A stretch of 64,000 nucleotides of DNA, taken from assembly GCA_963705255.1 (NCBI GenBank), contig OY970061.1:1088001-1152000 (forward strand), given 5' to 3'. The DNA is from an uncultured Methanoregulaceae archaeon. GTDB lineage: Archaea; Halobacteriota; Methanomicrobia; Methanomicrobiales; Methanospirillaceae. Below are positions 1-9,523 of this stretch, piece after piece. Numbering within the stretch: the stretch's first letter is position 1; each line of letters opens with the position of its first letter. The position numbers and the translations under genes were made by a program. The notes beneath the pieces are model-generated. The model had not been told where the DNA came from, ran no database searches, and saw only the letters and a program-made list of their open reading frames with translations.

Positions 1-3000
1 CGGCGGGACGAATGCCGTGATGTACCCGGGCTGGGAAGTCGTGTTTGTCCCGGACGTATTGGTCACGGTCAGGTTCACGGTGAAACTTCCGCCGAAAAGG
101 AACGTGTGATTTGCGTCACGCCGGGTGGCGTCAGTTGTATTGAACCAGTTACCGTCGCCAAACGACCAGTTCCATATCGTGATGCTGGGAGAGGTTGACG
201 AGTCGGTGAACTGGACAAAGAGCGGGATGGTGCCCGAGGTCGGGGTGCCGGTAAAGGACGGGATTGGCGGGGGCTGCGTGGTACTGATATAGCCAGCCCG
301 GCTGGTCGTGTTGATACCGGTCGCGTTGGTGACCGTCAGGCTGACCGTGAACGTGCCGATGGCTGAATACGTGTGCGTCGCATTCCGTGCCGTGTTATCC
401 GTTGTATTAAACCATGGCGTATTATCCCCGAATGACCAGTTCCACATCGTAATCCCGGGGGAAGGTGAAGTATCATTGAACTGCACAGCCAGAGGAGGGT
501 TCCCGCTCGTTGGCAATCCCGTGAAGGCCGGGATTGGGAGCGGGGGGCCCACGACGATATAGCCTGACTCTGTCGTGGTATTCGTTCCCGATGAGTTGGT
601 CACTGACAGGTTCACGGTATAGGTTCCTTCGGTGAGGTATGGGTGGGTTGCGTTCCGGGCTGCACTGCCGGTCGTGTTGAACCAGAAACTGTCACCAAAC
701 GACCAGTTCCATGCCGTAATCCCCGGGGAAGGGGATGTGTCATTGAACTGGACAGTCAGCGTCGCATTTCCGCTCCGGGGCGACCCGGTGAATTCGGGGA
801 CCGGAAGCGGGCCCTCAACACTGATATAATTCAGGAGTGAGGTGGTGTTGGTAATGGTTGCGGGGAAACTCAGTCCCGATGAATTGGTGATCGAGAGGTT
901 CACCGTATAACTACCGGGAGATGAATACGTGTGCGTCACATTCCGTGCCGTGATATCCGTTGTATTAAACCATGGCGTATTATCCCCAAACGACCAGTTC
1001 CAGTACTGGATGCCAGTCGACAGGGTAGTGTCATTGAACTGGACATCCAGCGGCTCGTTGCCGAACGTCGGGTACCGGTAAAGGAGGGAATCGGCAGCGC
1101 TGCTGACACGTTGATATAATTCGCCATCGAGGTCGTGTTGGTAACTGTTGCAGGAGTACCTCAGCCCCGAAGAATTGGTGATCGAGAGGTTCACCGTATA
1201 ACTACCAATGGCTGAATACGGGTGCGTTACATTCTTTGCCGTTATGTCCGTCGTATTGAACCAGGTCGTATCCCCGAACGACCAGTTCCAGTACCGGATG
1301 CCGGTCGACAGGGTGGTGTCATTGAACTGGATGTCCTGCGGCTCGTTGCCGAACGTTATATTACTGGTAAATGACGGGATCGGAAGCGCCGCCGACACGT
1401 TGATGTAATTTGCGACCGAGGTCGTGTTCGTAATGGTTGCAGGGAAACTCAGTCCCGATGAATTGGTGATCGAGAGGTTCACCGTATAACTGCCGATTGA
1501 CGAATACGGGTGCGTTACGTTCTTTGCCGTTATGTCCGTCGTATTGAACCAGGTCGTATCCCCAAATGACCAGTTCCAGTACTGGATGCCAGTCGACAGG
1601 GTAGTGTCATTGAACTGGACATCCAGCGGCTCGTTGCCAAACGTCGGGGTGCCGGTAAAGGAGGGAATCGGCAGCGCTGCTGACACGTTGATATAATTCG
1701 CTTTCGAGGTCGTGTTGGATCCGCCAACATCGGCAGTGGTTAGGTTCACCGTGTAACTGCCCGCTGACGCGTACGAATGCGACGAGTTCTGCACGACTGA
1801 GAAACTGCCGTCCCCGAACGACCAGTTCCACGAGTTCGGGGTGCTGTAGGTCGAAGTGTCGTTGAACTGCACGGTCAGCGGAGCGTACCCGCTTGTCGGC
1901 GTGCCGGTGAAGTTGGCGACCGGGGCCGTCTCAAAGAAATCAAACTTGCTGAACTGGAGGACCGGGAGGGTAATGCTGGTGTCCCCTACAACAGTGACAT
2001 CCTGTGAGGGGGATACAAAACCGGCATAGTTAAGCCAGGTGCCTTTATCGAACAGCGTGGTCATGGTGCCCGAATCGTCGGTTGCTGTGATCGTGATATT
2101 TCCATACCCGGCGAAGGGGAACCCGTTGGGATACATGGTCAGGGTTGCCGGGAAATTAAATACCGAATTCAGGGCTGTGTTGGTCATCGTGAAGTTGGTA
2201 CTGTTGCCGGCCGGGGATATGGCGAGGTTACTCCCGAGCACCGCGAGACCGGAGTCAGTACCCGGAGTTAACAGATCGAGATCCTGGTCGTAACTGATAT
2301 TCCCGAGGAGCGCGTGGGTTGCCGGGTTCTCGACGACGAAAGTGAGATTATGGGCTGCCGTGAAATTCGGTATCGTACCCCAGTTGGTCGTCTGCGTCTT
2401 GTTGAAGTTCTCCCCCGGTAAGGAATTGTAGGGATCGAAGTTCAGAACGGTCACGTAGCCAAGAGATCCCGGGGTAGATGCGGTAGTACCCCATACATCA
2501 AGATACGTGTTATTCCCAATCGACATGCCTACCGGGACAACTGCAGAGATCGTGGAGAATTTCAGGGAGCTCGTGTCATTCATGAGGATCCCGCTCGATT
2601 CTCCGGTAGTGGTATCTAGGGACAGGGAACTGTTCTGGACAATATCGGTCGCCCGCCCGGTAATGTTGGAATAACCGGCGACCAAACTGACGTTCCCTCC
2701 AAACGGGAAGGTCCATCGTGAAGTATCGATAGTCAGGTTCCTGTTCCCGCCGGAGGGCGACCAGGAGCTGTTGAAGAAGTACCACGAAGTCGTATCTTCG
2801 AAGCTCGTACCGTTAAAGAGATAAATTGGTTGTGGCGAAGTGGTGAAGGGGGTACCGTTCAGAGAAAAACCATCATCCCGGATTACATTTCCGTTCGCTG
2901 ATGGGGCAATATAGATGCTCCCCCCGGGAGCACCCATCTGACTTGTGTCGATATAGATTGGAGGGGAAGATTCTGGTTGGTTCGTTGCCGGGTTCCCTTG

Positions 3001-3720
3001 ATTTCCAGTCGCAACTGGTGCCCCGGGTGCGCCATTAAAATTTCCAGTCACGTCAAGTCCTACACCCCCGCTTGAATTGGTGATCAGCGGAGAGCTTTCA
3101 GAATCGCTGATGCTGTTGTAGGATCCTGCCAGCTTGAACACTATCGACAGCTGGGAATTACCGGAGTAAATCTCACCTATCCAAGAACTTAGAGAATTGC
3201 TGTTTCCCGTAAGGTTTACCCCGGTACCAGTGAATGCCCCGGGGTCCAGGTCAGGATGGGGTTCATTAAGAATAAATACATTTGAACTGCCGGTAATTTC
3301 GAAGAGAGAATTATTCCGGAATACCGCAGGTCCGGTGGAATTGTAGCTAAAAAATAACGAATTGACTTGTCCGTGGTTGTTGTCGCTTTGACTTAACGTA
3401 TACGTTTTGAGGGTCCCGTTAAATGCGATCGTTCCATTCAGGAGAATACTATATTGATCAGTCTTATTTTGCTTGATTGTCAGGGATTTGGAGATCTGGG
3501 TAACATTGCCGGGTGTCAGGGTGACAGAGGTATTACTGATCAGGAGGAGTGTCTGTGGTGAGGTGGAACTCGCCGCAGCCACGGCGTCTTCAAGGGTTGG
3601 ATATACAACGCCTGTTTGGGTAATTTGAATCGCCCCGGAACTGATCCAGGGAAGAATCGCAACCGAAAAAAAACAGCTTAAAAGGATTATCACTAAAGCT
3701 CGGTGTCCTTTTCCCCTCAT
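1..3720 (-). CDS. Large secreted surface protein with multiple C-terminal PKD repeats (runs off the left edge; absent from the ORF track)
   Basis: ATG at 3720 reads MRGKGHRALVIILLSCFFSVAILPW (signal-peptide-like), followed by an Asn/Ser/Thr-rich region and repeated PKD units (P.V.F...P..G..PL.VQFND....WNWSFGD...YTVNL). A compensating +1/-1 indel pair lies near 1160/1071. Confidence 0.85.
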   Translation of the reverse strand, partial: MRGKGHRALVIILLSCFFSVAILPWISSGAIQITQTGVVYPTLEDAVAAASSTSPQTLLLISNTSVTLTPGNVTQISKSLTIKQNKTDQYSILLNGTIAFNGTLKTYTLSQSDNNHGQVNSLFFSYNSTGPAVFRNNSLFEITGSSNVFILNEPHPDLDPGAFTGTGVNLTGNSNSLSSWIGEIYSGNSQLSIVFKLAGSYNSISDSESSPLITNSSGGVGLDVTGNFNGAPGAPVATGNQGNPATNQPESSPPIYIDTSQMGAPGGSIYIAPSANGNVIRDDGFSLNGTPFTTSPQPIYLFNGTSFEDTTSWYFFNSSWSPSGGNRNLTIDTSRWTFPFGGNVSLVAGYSNITGRATDIVQNSSLSLDTTTGESSGILMNDTSSLKFSTISAVVPVGMSIGNNTYLDVWGTTASTPGSLGYVTVLNFDPYNSLPGENFNKTQTTNWGTIPNFTAAHNLTFVVENPATHALLGNISYDQDLDLLTPGTDSGLAVLGSNLAISPAGNSTNFTMTNTALNSVFNFPATLTMYPNGFPFAGYGNITITATDDSGTMTTLFDKGTWLNYAGFVSPSQDVTVVGDTSITLPVLQFSKFDFFETAPVANFTGTPTSGYAPLTVQFNDTSTYSTPNSWNWSFGDGSFSVVQNSSHSYASAGSYTVNLTTADVGGSNTTSKANYINVSAALPIPSFTGTPTFGNEPLDVQFNDTTLSTGIQYWNWSFGDTTWFNTTDITAKNVTHPYSSIGSYTVNLSITNSSGLSFPATITNTTSVANYINVSAALPIPSFTSNITFGNEPQDIQFNDTTLSTGIRYWNWSFGDTTWFNTTDITAKNVTHPYSAIGSYTVNLSITNSSGLRYSCNSYQHDLDGELYQRVSSAADSLLYRYPTFGNEPLDVQFNDTTLSTGIQYWNWSFGDNTPWFNTTDITARNVTHTYSSPGSYTVNLSITNSSGLSFPATITNTTSLLNYISVEGPLPVPEFTGSPRSGNATLTVQFNDTSPSPGITAWNWSFGDSFWFNTTGSAARNATHPYLTEGTYTVNLSVTNSSGTNTTTESGYIVVGPPLPIPAFTGLPTSGNPPLAVQFNDTSPSPGITMWNWSFGDNTPWFNTTDNTARNATHTYSAIGTFTVSLTVTNATGINTTSRAGYISTTQPPPIPSFTGTPTSGTIPLFVQFTDSSTSPSITIWNWSFGDGNWFNTTDATRRDANHTFLFGGSFTVNLTVTNTSGTNTTSQPGYITAFVPP
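840..1710 (-). repeat. Three near-identical ~300-bp PKD-encoding tandem units
   Basis: Blocks such as gaccagttccagtac.ggatgcc.gtcgacaggg and gaattggtgatcgagaggttcaccgtataact recur with ~300-bp period. Confidence 0.85.
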
Positions 3721-3961
3721 CAAATATTCAGTGCTCCGGAAAAAACAATGAGGACTTGTTCTTGTACTATAAATCATTTTTTTTGTGTTCTACAAAATAG
3801 AATACGGCGGTATAACCGATCGGGTATTATCCACATCGGAATAAGAGCCAATGGTACCGCAAAAAGGTTTTAAAAAAGGTGGGGCTCGGTGGCATGGAGA
3901 GAAGATCCAGACCGTCTTTTTTATCACCTCTCACCCCCATCTCACTGCTGGTGTGAGACTT

Positions 3962-4459
3962 ATGAGCGGGAGCGTTGTCTTTTCGACCGTAACGATCAGC
4001 AAACCCGGGGACGTGAACGTCGTCATCGGCCAGTCGCATTTCATTAAAACGGTCGAGGACATCTACGAAGTGGTAGCTGGATCGGTGCCAGGGGCCAAGT
4101 TCGGGCTTGCCTTCTGCGAGTCCTCGGGCGACTGCCTGATCCGGATTGAGGGCAACGATGAGGAACTTAAAAACCTGGCCCGGGACAACGCCCGGGCGAT
4201 CGGCGCAGGGCACTCGTTCATCCTCTTCCTGAAGGACTGCTACCCGATCAATGTCCTGAACGCAATCAAGAACATCCAGGAGGTCTGCACCATCTACTGT
4301 GCGACCGCAAACCCTGCCGAAGTCGTAATCGCCGAGTCGGCACAGGGGAGGGGCATCATGGGCGTCATCGACGGGGAGAAGCCGAAAGGCGTCGAGGGGC
4401 CGGATGGGATCGCGTGGCGCACGGACCTCCTCCGGAAGTTCGGGTACAAGCGGGGATAG
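3962..4459 (+). CDS. Adenosine-specific kinase family protein (DUF355)
   Basis: NVVIGQSHFIKTVEDIYE, KFGLAFCESSG, EVCTIYCATANP and GRGIMGVIDG are typical of this family. Confidence 0.85.
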   Translation: MSGSVVFSTVTISKPGDVNVVIGQSHFIKTVEDIYEVVAGSVPGAKFGLAFCESSGDCLIRIEGNDEELKNLARDNARAIGAGHSFILFLKDCYPINVLNAIKNIQEVCTIYCATANPAEVVIAESAQGRGIMGVIDGEKPKGVEGPDGIAWRTDLLRKFGYKRG

Positions 4460-4487
4460 GTCCGGGACAGGGCCTGGCCTTACCGCC

Positions 4488-5159
4488 CTAGTACCCGAGG
4501 GATTCCCTGATGAGGACGACGGTCACCCGTCCGGGCACCTTCTCCTGGGCAAGGATGACGCATTTCCCGATCATGCTCGGCGTACCGTAGGCATGGAGGG
4601 CCCGGCGGTTCTCGAGAGGATAGACATATTCCCTGACCCTTCGTATGGCATCGTCAACGGTCGGGACGATCTTGTTGATCCCGGATACGATGATGACGTG
4701 CCCGGCGGCAAACGGCCATGCCCCGACCCGGCTCCCGCTCGCGTCGCAGCCGAAGATCTCGCCGGTCTCCGTGATCGCGCTGGCACTCGATACAAAGTAG
4801 TCAGCAGTAACGGATTTCCTCCGGAGCTCCGCCCGTTTCGCATCATCATTTTCCGCCGTGATACCCGTGTGCAGGTCTTTCCAGCCGCACTTTTTTCCCG
4901 CGATCAGGTCCTCAAACCCGATCTCGATGAGCGTGGTCGATGACCCGGTCATCACTTCAGCTCCCTGTGGAATCATCGTTTGCAATTCAGCCAGCGCCCG
5001 GTCACCGTCTTCCACCGGGGTTACGGTGAACCCGTGTCCCTGCAGGGCCTTGATCGCCCGCCCTATAACGTCAGGCAACGGGATCCGGTTCCATTTTCCG
5101 GGGTCAACGCCGGCTTCCGGTATGAGGTTCTCAGCGCTGAATTGTGTTATCCTACCCAT
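4488..5159 (-). CDS. LUD-domain (lactate utilization-type) protein
   Basis: GSSTTL, ADYFVSSASAITETGE, GSRV, VSGINKIVP motifs. Confidence 0.8.
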   Translation of the reverse strand: MGRITQFSAENLIPEAGVDPGKWNRIPLPDVIGRAIKALQGHGFTVTPVEDGDRALAELQTMIPQGAEVMTGSSTTLIEIGFEDLIAGKKCGWKDLHTGITAENDDAKRAELRRKSVTADYFVSSASAITETGEIFGCDASGSRVGAWPFAAGHVIIVSGINKIVPTVDDAIRRVREYVYPLENRRALHAYGTPSMIGKCVILAQEKVPGRVTVVLIRESLGY

Positions 5160-5283
5160 ATATCTCGCCGGTTGCCGGGTAGCACACGCAATCATATAAA
5201 TCTGCGCCAACCGGCAGGTTTCTTTGGAAAACGAGGGAACTGCGGCCGGACATCGTGCAGCACCGGGGTCCCCTGAAATTCGT

Positions 5284-8200
5284 TTACTGTCCTGCCGTTT
5301 CCAGCCGGTAGGTCCCTCTGGGCACAATCAACTCAAACCGGGCCCCTTTGCCCGGCTCACCGCTCTCCCGGATGGTTATGCCGGTGATACTGAGGATCTC
5401 CCGGACAAGGTAGAGGCCCAGACCGGTATGTTTCCCTACGCCCCGCTCGAACAGGTGCTTTTTTATCTCTGGCGGGATCCCGGTACCGTTATCCTCAACT
5501 ACGATGATCAGTCCCTCGTCGGTTTCCTGGAATGAGATACGGATCATGGCCAGTCCTTCCTGACCGTGCTTGACCGCGTTGTCGATCAGGTTGTAAAAGA
5601 CCTTCTCAAGAAGGGGATCAGCGAACACTTCAAGGCCATCGCAGTCCACCTGGACCTTCACATTCCGGAGCGGGAGCGCCCCCGAGGCCATGTTGACGCT
5701 TGTGGCCACATCCTGCCAGGCCGGCGCGTTGAGCCCCATGTTCTGGTAATCCCTCGTGAACGCGATCTGGTTCCTGATAGCCCTCGCCGCTTTCAGTTCT
5801 TTCTGCACGAACTCGGCGAGCCGGGCCTTATCTTCGATAAAGCTCCCCGACAGTTCAAGGAAACCGATGAGCACGGTGAGCTGGTTGAGGATATCGTGGC
5901 GGGTGATGCTGTACAAAAGGTTGAGTTTCCGGTTGGCCTGTGACAAGGCCTCCTCAGCCCGCTTCCTCTCGGTGACATCAGAAAGGAAGACGAGGACTGC
6001 CGGCCGGCCTTCCCAGGTTATCAGGCTGACATTGATCTCCATCCAGCGGACTGCCCCGTTCTTGGCAAGTATCCGGAAGATGTAGTTGTGTTCCAGCTTC
6101 TCTCCGGCAAGACGCCTGCGGTGCTGGTCCTGGAGCGTTGCACGGTCATCCGGATGGATGAACTCCAGGAAGGGTTTCGCGGCAAGTTCTTCCGGAGTAT
6201 ACTGGCTGATCTCTTCGGCCTTCCCGTTTGTGAAGCATATCCTCTCGTCCTGAATAACGAAGATGGCCTCGTTCGCGTGGTCTACCAGCGTCCGGTACCG
6301 CTCTTCGCTTTCTTCCGCTTTCCGACGGCTTTCACCGAGGGCCTCGTTATTGGCCCGGAGTTCCTCCTCCATGCCGGTCAGGTGCTCGTTCGCCGCGTTC
6401 AGCTCCTCGTTCTTCCGGACGAGGTCCAGTTCTGCCTTCTTCCGCCGGGTGATGTCATCACAGACGACAAGGACACTGGTTTTCCCGTCCGGGCCGTTCA
6501 CCGCCCGGACATATTCCTCCACCCAGATGACGCTCCCGTCTTTTTTGACCTTCCGGAACTGCCAGTTGAAGATCTGACCGGTCGACTGCAGGCATTTTTT
6601 CAGCTGCTCAGCTACGGCAGGACGATCTTCCGGGTAAAAGACGTTGAGGACCGGCATGCCTTTCAGTTCCTCGACGGTATAGCCCAGCTGGCGTGCACCG
6701 AACCCGTTGACCGAGATCACGGTTCCATCCGGGTCCAGCGTGAAGAACATGGCAGGGGTGTCACGGTAGAGGGTCCGGTACCGCTCCTCGCTCTCCCGCA
6801 ATGCCCCCTCGTCCTGCAGGCGCCCGGTGATGTCCCGCAGGAAAAGGAGCATGGCACTTGCGCCTTTATAGGTAAGTTTTTTGCCAATGCACTCGATCCA
6901 CCGCTCGTTCTTGTTCGTGGTGATGATGCGGTAGTTCACGAAATAACTGTCAGTCCCTGCAGCAACCTGCATGAAATCCCGGATGGCGTTCAGCCGCATT
7001 TCCGGGGCTACGAAATCAAGGATATTGATCCTCATGGCAGGATCAAAGTCGGGGAGCTCGACGATCTCAACGGCCCTCCGGTTTGCAAAGAGGACCATTC
7101 CCAGGAAATCTACGATGATGATCCCATCGTTGGACAGTTCCACCATGGCGCGGAAGGTCTCCCCGCTCTCCCTCAGCGTCTGCTCTTTCGAACTGAGTTC
7201 GTCATAGTTTTGCCGGAGTTCTTCCTCGGTAGAAGTGAGCTCCTCGTACGCGGCATGGAGGTCCTCGCTGCGCCGGACCAGCGCCTCTTCGGTCTCCTTG
7301 AGATCGGTGATATCCCGCCCTACCGACAGGTATTCAGTGACCCGCCCGTCTTCGCCGTACAGTGCCCGGTCGGACCACTGCTGCCAGCGAATCTGCCCGT
7401 CGGGCATGATGATGCGGTACGTCACCGTGGCCACCGGGTGTTCCCGGGTCAGCGATGCAGGATGGTTCCTGACAAGCGTCCTGTCATCGTCATGAATTTC
7501 CGGGACAAATTTCCCGCCTATGATCTCCTCGCGCTGCCTGCCGAAATACCGGCAGTAGGCATCGTTGACAAAGACATGCGTGCCGTCCGGGAGGACCCGC
7601 GAGATGAGCTCGGTCTGGTCCTCGACCACACTCCGGTACCGGGCTTCGCTCTCTTTTAAGGCCGCTTCTGCCCGTTTGCGGTCGGTGATGTCCTTGAAGA
7701 TCCCACGGGTATACTGGGGCTTCCCGTCTGTCATCTTGCAGTTCGCAATCCCTTCGACATAGACTTTTCTCCCGTCGCGGGCCTGGAATACTGCGTCCAA
7801 AATCCCGACATTCTCGCCGGAGATCACCCGGGTGAACATCTCCTGGCAGTGATCCAGGCTGTCCTTGTGGATGATATCAAATATCCGGAGCCCGGGGAGG
7901 TCCTGTACCGAGTACCCGAGGATGTCCAGCCATTTTTTATTCACATAGAGGAAGCGCCCGTCCGGTGCAACGCTCTGGATCAGGTCATTGGCATTCTGGA
8001 GGTCATGGAACCGCTGCTCCTGCTCGGCCAGGGCGGTCTGTGCCTCCCGCATCAGGACAGATTTCCGGATCACGTGCATGAGTTCGGCGAACATGACTTT
8101 CGTGTCGCCGCCCTTCTGGAGGTAAAAGTCGGCCCCGCAGTTCAGGGCCTCGATCACGACCTCCTCGCGGCTCCGCCCGGTCAGCATGATGAACGGGATG

Positions 8201-8418
8201 AGGTTGCCGCCGGTCCTGACTATTTTTAAGAATTCGGTGCCGTTCATCTCCGGCATCTGGTAATCGGAGACGACGGCATCGTAGGTTTTCCTGCCCAAGG
8301 AGACGAGCGCCTCGCGGGCCGAGGTGACCGTGTCGACGCTGAACTCACCGCCCTGCTCAAGGAAGAGCTTGCCGATCTCGAGAAGGTCGGGTTCATCGTC
8401 TACATACAGGACCAGCAA
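5284..8418 (-). CDS. Hybrid sensor histidine kinase (receiver + multiple PAS + HATPase)
   Basis: N-terminal VLYVDDEP...SDYQMPEMNG receiver, about five PAS/PAC repeats, H-box ITRHDILNQL, N-box NLIDNAVKHG, G-boxes DNGTGI/GLGL. Confidence 0.95.
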   Translation of the reverse strand: MLVLYVDDEPDLLEIGKLFLEQGGEFSVDTVTSAREALVSLGRKTYDAVVSDYQMPEMNGTEFLKIVRTGGNLIPFIMLTGRSREEVVIEALNCGADFYLQKGGDTKVMFAELMHVIRKSVLMREAQTALAEQEQRFHDLQNANDLIQSVAPDGRFLYVNKKWLDILGYSVQDLPGLRIFDIIHKDSLDHCQEMFTRVISGENVGILDAVFQARDGRKVYVEGIANCKMTDGKPQYTRGIFKDITDRKRAEAALKESEARYRSVVEDQTELISRVLPDGTHVFVNDAYCRYFGRQREEIIGGKFVPEIHDDDRTLVRNHPASLTREHPVATVTYRIIMPDGQIRWQQWSDRALYGEDGRVTEYLSVGRDITDLKETEEALVRRSEDLHAAYEELTSTEEELRQNYDELSSKEQTLRESGETFRAMVELSNDGIIIVDFLGMVLFANRRAVEIVELPDFDPAMRINILDFVAPEMRLNAIRDFMQVAAGTDSYFVNYRIITTNKNERWIECIGKKLTYKGASAMLLFLRDITGRLQDEGALRESEERYRTLYRDTPAMFFTLDPDGTVISVNGFGARQLGYTVEELKGMPVLNVFYPEDRPAVAEQLKKCLQSTGQIFNWQFRKVKKDGSVIWVEEYVRAVNGPDGKTSVLVVCDDITRRKKAELDLVRKNEELNAANEHLTGMEEELRANNEALGESRRKAEESEERYRTLVDHANEAIFVIQDERICFTNGKAEEISQYTPEELAAKPFLEFIHPDDRATLQDQHRRRLAGEKLEHNYIFRILAKNGAVRWMEINVSLITWEGRPAVLVFLSDVTERKRAEEALSQANRKLNLLYSITRHDILNQLTVLIGFLELSGSFIEDKARLAEFVQKELKAARAIRNQIAFTRDYQNMGLNAPAWQDVATSVNMASGALPLRNVKVQVDCDGLEVFADPLLEKVFYNLIDNAVKHGQEGLAMIRISFQETDEGLIIVVEDNGTGIPPEIKKHLFERGVGKHTGLGLYLVREILSITGITIRESGEPGKGARFELIVPRGTYRLETAGQ

Positions 8419-8635
8419 TGAGCATCACACACAGAACTTTCAACCCGTTCTTTAAATAATTATATATTTGATATACTCACGTCCATGGAGACCCTGGAAG
8501 ATTTCCCCGGTTTTTGGGAACGCAAGGGGGCTCTTTAATCCATGGTTACTTCATCTCATACAACAAATACTATTCTGGTGATCTGTTCTCGACTATCAGA
8601 GACTATTCGTATTTTCGCTATCACCAGGACACCGT

Positions 8636-8920
8636 ATGAAAGAAGTCACTATGAAAGCAATTTCCTTTGAAACTCCTGAAGTTTTTGTGCCAACTCCCAC
8701 ACATCTTGACATCCTCCGGGCCGTCGCAGACAAACAGAGCTGCCACATCAACCAGGTTGTCCAGAAGCTGTATCCCGGCCACAGCGAGAGCAGTGTCCGG
8801 TCCGGCGTCAGGGTCCTCCTCTCCAAGCGATATCTTGACGGGGGAAAGTCCAGCAGCGAGATCGTGCTCCGGCTCACGTCCCGGGGGCGCCTCCTTATCC
8901 TGCCGTCACCAGCCAACTGA
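8636..8920 (+). CDS. Small hypothetical protein, probable winged-helix DNA-binding fold
   Basis: 94 aa with a HLDILRAV...SESSVRSGVRVLLSKRYL...LRLTSRGR wHTH-like pattern. Confidence 0.6.
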   Translation: MKEVTMKAISFETPEVFVPTPTHLDILRAVADKQSCHINQVVQKLYPGHSESSVRSGVRVLLSKRYLDGGKSSSEIVLRLTSRGRLLILPSPAN

Positions 8921-9114
8921 TCCCTTTTTTCTTCTTCCGTTGCCTGATGAGAAGCGGAGGCTTTGCGGAATCTTGGATTCCTGTGCCTTATCCGGGATAT
9001 GCAACCTATGCGGAGCGAAGGCAGTGATTGGAGATCCCTGTGGAGGGCGTCACCAGTTTGAAGGGCATAAAACGAAAACGTTCTTTTCAAAAATATTCAC
9101 AAAATCGTGGTTTA

Positions 9115-9187
9115 CGCCCAGGTCGGAATTCGAATCCGAGTCGATTGCGTGACAGGCAATCATGATAGGCCGCTACACTACCTGGGC
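9115..9187 (-). tRNA. tRNA-Asp(GTC)
   Basis: Reverse complement folds as a cloverleaf: acceptor GCCCAGG/CCTGGGC, anticodon arm ATTGC-CTGTCAC-GCAAT, T-loop TTCGAAT. Confidence 0.95.
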
Positions 9188-9200
9188 ATTGTTACAGTAA

Positions 9201-9306
9201 TCCCGCCTCCCAGATTCGAACCGGGGACATCGCGGTAGCCGCGCAGTTGCCTGAATCGGCAAACCATACTACAGCCGCGCACTCTACCAGGCTGAGTTAA
9301 GGCGGG
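9201..9306 (-). tRNA. tRNA-Tyr(GTA) with a 32-nt intron (9237-9268) at the canonical 37/38 position
   Basis: Acceptor CCCGCCT/AGGCGGG, anticodon stem CGCGG/CCGCG with CTGTAG followed by the intervening sequence, T-loop GTTCGAAT. Tandem with tRNA-Asp. Confidence 0.93.
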
Positions 9307-9523
9307 GCACTGCGCTACTAATGTTAGGCAAGTTTGCTATTAAACGTATCGTAATGCCCGTGGATTCCATACCGTAAAAACCGCCGATCAGTGAGTGGTG
9401 CAGGATCCGGCGTGAAAATGCGCCACGCATTTTCAGTAACCGTGCAGAACGCGATTTTACGCGTTCAACACGCTTATTTATATAATCTGCACACCTATTC
9501 TGTTTGTATGACTGCTCGCAAGG

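Noticed and set aside
840-1710. ~300-bp repeats here and at 51260-51760 considered as a CRISPR array or DGR template/variable repeats
   Set aside because: They are in-frame PKD domain duplications with no repeat-spacer structure, no adenine-specific variation and no reverse transcriptase in the window.
6088-7659. Long antisense ORFs (523 aa here; also 19357-20853, 13196-14380, 35293-36507)
   Set aside because: These are shadow ORFs opposite well-supported genes, expected from high GC3 codon usage, and they carry no motifs.
9237-9268. tRNA-Tyr intron as a novelty
   Set aside because: Canonical 37/38 introns in archaeal tRNA-Tyr are common.
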